Assembly: GCA_963715985.1 (NCBI GenBank)
Contig: CAVQSP010000010.1
Span: 160,001 to 224,000, forward strand
Reading direction: 5' to 3'
DNA: 64,000 nucleotides
Origin: an uncultured Thermoleophilia bacterium
GTDB lineage: Bacteria; Actinomycetota; Thermoleophilia; UBA2241
Below, one piece after another: positions 60,292 to 64,000 of this stretch. The stretch's first letter is position 1; every line of letters begins with the position of its first letter. Position numbers and translations under genes: made by a program. A model generated the notes under the pieces. That model saw only the letters and a program-made list of their open reading frames with translations. It was not told where the DNA came from and did no database searches.

Positions 60292-61250
60292 GCGCCGCTG
60301 ACGCCAGCATCGAGCGGGTCGCTTCGGCGGGGCGCCGGCTCTGCGCCGTGCCCGACGGCTCCGCCCGCCTCTGCCCGTCGCCCGACCGCTCCATCGCACG
60401 GCGCAAGGCCGTCGACGCCACCGTCAAGGTGCTCTCGTGGATCGGCGCCTCGGTGGGCATCGCCGTGATGGCCTTCATCGTCTACGAGGTCGTGCGGCGC
60501 GGCTGGGCGGCGTGGAGCGTCGCCTTCTTCACCCAGCCCACGCCGCAGGACGTGACGTCCACGGCCGGCGGCTTCGCCAACGCCATCGTCGGCACCATCG
60601 TGATCACGGGGTCGCCGCGCTGCATCGCGATCCCCACCGGCTTTCTCGGCGGCGTCTACCTGGCCGAGTTCGGACGCAACGGACGCCTCGCCACGGCGGT
60701 GCGCATGATCGCCAACGTGGTGATGGGCGTGCCGTCCATCATCGTCGGCGTCTTCGCGTTCGCGATCCTGGTGAAGCCGTTGCAGCACTACTCCGGCTTC
60801 GCCGGCTCGGTGGCCCTGGCGTTCATCATGCTGCCGGTGATGGCCCGCACCACGGAGGACATCCTCAACCTGGTGCCCAACGAGCTGCGCGAGTCCGGCC
60901 TTGCCATGGGAGCGCCACGCTGGAAGGTCACGCTCGGCGTCGTCTGCAAGGCGGCGCGCGGCGGGCTCATCACCGGCGCGTCCCTGGCGGTCGTTCGCGT
61001 CGCCGGCGAGACGGCGCCGCTGCTGTTCACCGCTCTGAGCAGCCCCTACTGGATGACGGGGCTCTTCGGACCGGGCGGGTTCTTCGGCGGCCCGGTCGCC
61101 AACCTCACCAAGACGATCTACGACTTCTCCGGGTCTCCGTACCCGCAGTGGCAGACCCTCGCCTGGGGCGGCGCGCTCCTCATCATCGTCGCCGTTCTCG
61201 GCATGAACATCCTGGTCAGACTCCTCTTCCAGCGAGGCAAACAATGGTAG
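60288..61250 (+). CDS. pstA: Phosphate ABC transporter permease
   Basis: GVPSIIVG, RVAGETAPLLFT, AWGGALL. Confidence 0.95.
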   Translation: MSAADASIERVASAGRRLCAVPDGSARLCPSPDRSIARRKAVDATVKVLSWIGASVGIAVMAFIVYEVVRRGWAAWSVAFFTQPTPQDVTSTAGGFANAIVGTIVITGSPRCIAIPTGFLGGVYLAEFGRNGRLATAVRMIANVVMGVPSIIVGVFAFAILVKPLQHYSGFAGSVALAFIMLPVMARTTEDILNLVPNELRESGLAMGAPRWKVTLGVVCKAARGGLITGASLAVVRVAGETAPLLFTALSSPYWMTGLFGPGGFFGGPVANLTKTIYDFSGSPYPQWQTLAWGGALLIIVAVLGMNILVRLLFQRGKQW

Positions 61251-62113
61251 GGACGACGGTGGACGAACCGACACAGATCCAGGGCCCCGGCACGGTGGTG
61301 CCGCCGCGGCTCGAGGTCGCGGAATCACGGCGCGAGGTCACTGAGGACTTCGCCTCGCTGCCCACGGAGCTCGCGGTGCGCGACCTGGACTTCTTCTACG
61401 GCAAGGAGCAGGCGCTCTTCGCCAACAGCATCGACATCAAGAAGAACCGCGTGACCGCGGTCATCGGCCCGTCGGGGTGCGGCAAGTCGACGCACATCCG
61501 CACGTACAACCGCATCTTCAACCTGTACCGCGACCAGCGCGCCGCGGGCACGATCATGATGGACGGCGTCGACATCCTCTCGTCGCAGGTCGACCTGCTC
61601 GACCTGCGACGCCGCATCGGCATGATCTTCCAGAAGCCCAGCCCCTTCCCGATGACGGTGTTCGACAACGTCGCCTACGGGTTGCGCCAGCACTACAAGC
61701 TCAACCGCTCCGAGCTCTCCATGCGCGTGGAGGACGCCCTCAAGCGCTCCGCCATCTGGGACGAGGTCAAGCACAAGCTGAACGAGCCGGGCAACGCCCT
61801 CTCCGGCGGCCAGCAGCAGCGGCTCTGTATCGCACGCGCTATCGCCGCCGAGCCGGACGTGCTGCTCATGGACGAGCCCTGCTCGGCCATCGATCCGGTG
61901 GCCACGGCCAAGATCGAGGAGCTCATCCTGGCGCTCAAGAGCAAGTACACGATCGTGCTCGTCACCCACAACATGCAGCAGGCGGCCCGCGTGAGCGACT
62001 ACACGGCCTTCTTCTTCCAGGGCCGCATCATCGAGTTCGGACCGACCACGCACATCTTCTCGAACCCCTCGGAGAAGCAGACAGAAGAGTACATCACCGG
62101 TCGCTTCGGCTGA
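61244..62113 (+). CDS. pstB: Phosphate ABC transporter ATPase
   Basis: [40 protein letters not shown]. Confidence 0.96.
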   Translation: MVGTTVDEPTQIQGPGTVVPPRLEVAESRREVTEDFASLPTELAVRDLDFFYGKEQALFANSIDIKKNRVTAVIGPSGCGKSTHIRTYNRIFNLYRDQRAAGTIMMDGVDILSSQVDLLDLRRRIGMIFQKPSPFPMTVFDNVAYGLRQHYKLNRSELSMRVEDALKRSAIWDEVKHKLNEPGNALSGGQQQRLCIARAIAAEPDVLLMDEPCSAIDPVATAKIEELILALKSKYTIVLVTHNMQQAARVSDYTAFFFQGRIIEFGPTTHIFSNPSEKQTEEYITGRFG

Positions 62114-62129
62114 GCTGCGAGGCCTCGTC

Positions 62130-62825
62130 ATGACGCATCTGCAACGCGAGATCGACAAGCTGAAGCGCAAGATCCTCGCTCTCGGGGCGCTGGTCGAGGA
62201 CGTCCTGCGTCTCTCGTTCCAGGCCATCGAGGAGCGCGACGCGCTGAAGGCGCAGCGCGTGGTCGCCACCGACCTGGTGATCGACGAGCAGGAGGTGGAG
62301 GTCGAGGAGGAGTGCCTCAAGATCCTCGCGCTCTATCAGCCGGTGGCCGGCGACCTGCGCTTTCTTGTGGCCGTCATCAAGATCAACAGCGAGCTGGAAC
62401 GTATCGGCGACCTGGCCTCCAATGTCGCCGAGCGCGCGCTGTCGCTGTCGCAGGAGCATCCCGTGCCGGTGCCGGCCGTCCTCACGGTGATGGCCGACCG
62501 CACGGGCGCGATCCTCGAGAAGGCCCTGGACGCGCTCGTGCGCCAGGACGTAGACACGGCGCGCTGCGTGCTGGGCGCGGACGACGAGATCGACCGCCTG
62601 TACCAGGACCTGATCGAGGAGCTCAAGAAGAGTATCCGCGCCGACATCGAACACCTCGACGCCATCGTGCTGCTCTTCAGTGTGGCGCGCTACCTGGAGA
62701 GGCTGGCCGACCACGCCACCAACATCGCGGAGGACGTGCTCTACATGGTGGAGGGGGAGATCCTCCGCCACCAGATGCCCGACTCTCCGGCGGCGCTGCT
62801 GCCGTGGGAGGAGAGGGGCCTGTGA
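62130..62825 (+). CDS. phoU: Phosphate signalling protein PhoU
   Basis: QPVAGDLR, ELERIGD, LERLADHATNIAE. Confidence 0.96.
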   Translation: MTHLQREIDKLKRKILALGALVEDVLRLSFQAIEERDALKAQRVVATDLVIDEQEVEVEEECLKILALYQPVAGDLRFLVAVIKINSELERIGDLASNVAERALSLSQEHPVPVPAVLTVMADRTGAILEKALDALVRQDVDTARCVLGADDEIDRLYQDLIEELKKSIRADIEHLDAIVLLFSVARYLERLADHATNIAEDVLYMVEGEILRHQMPDSPAALLPWEERGL

Positions 62826-62953
62826 GCGGCCGCCGAGTCTGACCCGTCCTTCCCGGCGGCGCGGATTCCTGCCGCGCGCCGCCGCCGGAGGGCGCACCTG
62901 CGGCCCGGGCCTACCCCTACCAGGCCCGGGCCGCTCCCGCGTACGGCGGGGCG

Positions 62954-64000
62954 CTACTGGACGGTGACGGTGGTGGTCGGCGAGACGGCCTTGTCCCATT
63001 TGAAGTAGTACTGCGTCGTCTGCTCCGGGCTGATGGCCTCGCTGTAGGCCGAGTAGCGCGCCGTGTAGCCGCTGCCGAGGTCCTCGGTCTCCGTCGTGGT
63101 CGTCACCTCGCGGCTGCGCCACTGGCCGTCGTAGTTGAAGTACAGGCGCACCGCCTCGCCGGTGGCGAGCGCGGGGTAGATGCGGCCCTTGAGCGTGAGG
63201 CTCTCCCCGGCGGCGATGGTGACGGCGTCACGTGCCGCCGGGCTGATCGACATGCTGACGAACTGCGCCCAGGTGCTCTTGAGGCCGAGCTTCATGCGCA
63301 GCGCGTTGCCGTCCATGAACTTGACGCCGCCGCTGCTGATGAGGGCGGCCTTGACGATGCGCGGCGACGAGCCGCGCTTGACCGTGTAGACGGCGCGCAG
63401 GGTGCCCTTGACGCCGAGCGGGCTCGCGACCTCGGCGGCCGTGCGCCGCAGCGGGCCCCAGTCGTGGAGCGAGGCGTACGTGTCGTAGGGGTCCTCGACG
63501 CTCTTGAGGTAGGCGATCGGCGAGGCGCCCGGCCAGCCGTCCTCGATGTTCTCGGTGCGGCCGCCCGAGCAGGAGAAGTACACGGCGAGGATGGGCTTGC
63601 CCTTGTGCACCGGCACGACGCCGGCCGTCTCCTTGACCGCGCGGTCCGTGTTCGGGTCCTCGATGCCCACGCCCACGTACGCCTGGCTGCGCACGTCGCA
63701 GTACACGTCCCAGGACTCGTTGGGCTTGCGTGAGCCGAGCACGAAGGCGCGCGCCGCGCACGCCTGCGCCTTGAGCGCTTCCAGCGGCCACGACGGCGGT
63801 ACCTCGTGCGGTATCACCCCGCGCAGGTAGCTCTCGAGCGGTACGGCGTTGACCATCATCAGCTTGCCGTCCTCGCGCACCACGCGGATGACTCCGCGGT
63901 ACGGTCCCGTGTCGCCGAGGTCGGTGGCCGTGAGCACGCGCAGTGAGCCCGAACCGGGCGTGAAGGTGACGGGTGAGCTGAAGGCCTGCGTCTGGCCGCC
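62954..64000 (-). CDS. SpoIID/LytB-domain cell-wall protein, 5'-partial
   Basis: LESYLRGVIPHEVPPSWPLEALKAQACAAR, SQAYVG, YFSCSGGRT, YLKSVEDPYD. Confidence 0.9.
   Translation of the reverse strand, partial: GGQTQAFSSPVTFTPGSGSLRVLTATDLGDTGPYRGVIRVVREDGKLMMVNAVPLESYLRGVIPHEVPPSWPLEALKAQACAARAFVLGSRKPNESWDVYCDVRSQAYVGVGIEDPNTDRAVKETAGVVPVHKGKPILAVYFSCSGGRTENIEDGWPGASPIAYLKSVEDPYDTYASLHDWGPLRRTAAEVASPLGVKGTLRAVYTVKRGSSPRIVKAALISSGGVKFMDGNALRMKLGLKSTWAQFVSMSISPAARDAVTIAAGESLTLKGRIYPALATGEAVRLYFNYDGQWRSREVTTTTETEDLGSGYTARYSAYSEAISPEQTTQYYFKWDKAVSPTTTVTVQ

Noticed and set aside
875-63830. Numerous long antisense or alternative-frame ORFs (e.g. 875-2461, 21698-24268, 28892-30763)
   Set aside because: Shadow ORFs typical of high-GC DNA; Arg/Gly/Pro-rich and overlapping well-supported genes

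Overview
A very GC-rich bacterial chromosome segment, most consistent with an actinobacterium (Thermoleophilia-like; inference) with anaerobic or microaerobic traits: tandem rubrerythrins, a selenocysteine formate dehydrogenase and a multiheme cytochrome. About 60 genes: msrB, amidase, flavoprotein disulfide reductase, MFS and two ABC exporters, agmatine deiminase, a P1B heavy-metal ATPase with ArsR/SmtB repressor, HtrA, an RCC1-repeat protein, NRAMP, a secreted PHP phosphoesterase, and a complete phoP-phoR / pstS-pstS-pstCAB-phoU locus. No rRNA, tRNA, CRISPR array or intact mobile element was seen. Many otherwise intact genes carry single-base frameshifts, probably long-read consensus errors. 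Signals the ORF track misses: (1) two UGA-recoded selenoproteins with SECIS-like hairpins, a ~1420-aa GltD-like/FdhA fusion and a UXX-star glutaredoxin; (2) a candidate ~190-nt sRNA of four C-rich-loop hairpins, one displaying the 16S anti-Shine-Dalgarno sequence; (3) a dispersed family of four CxxC-x19-CPxC zinc-ribbon microproteins, all ending in AA/AVA (degron-like); (4) two classes of 11-bp-periodic direct-repeat promoters (PHO-like CTmAC and MprA-like TCTCAG), each lying 10 nt before a -10-like hexamer, which link uncharacterised genes, including the zinc ribbons, to phosphate and envelope-stress regulons.
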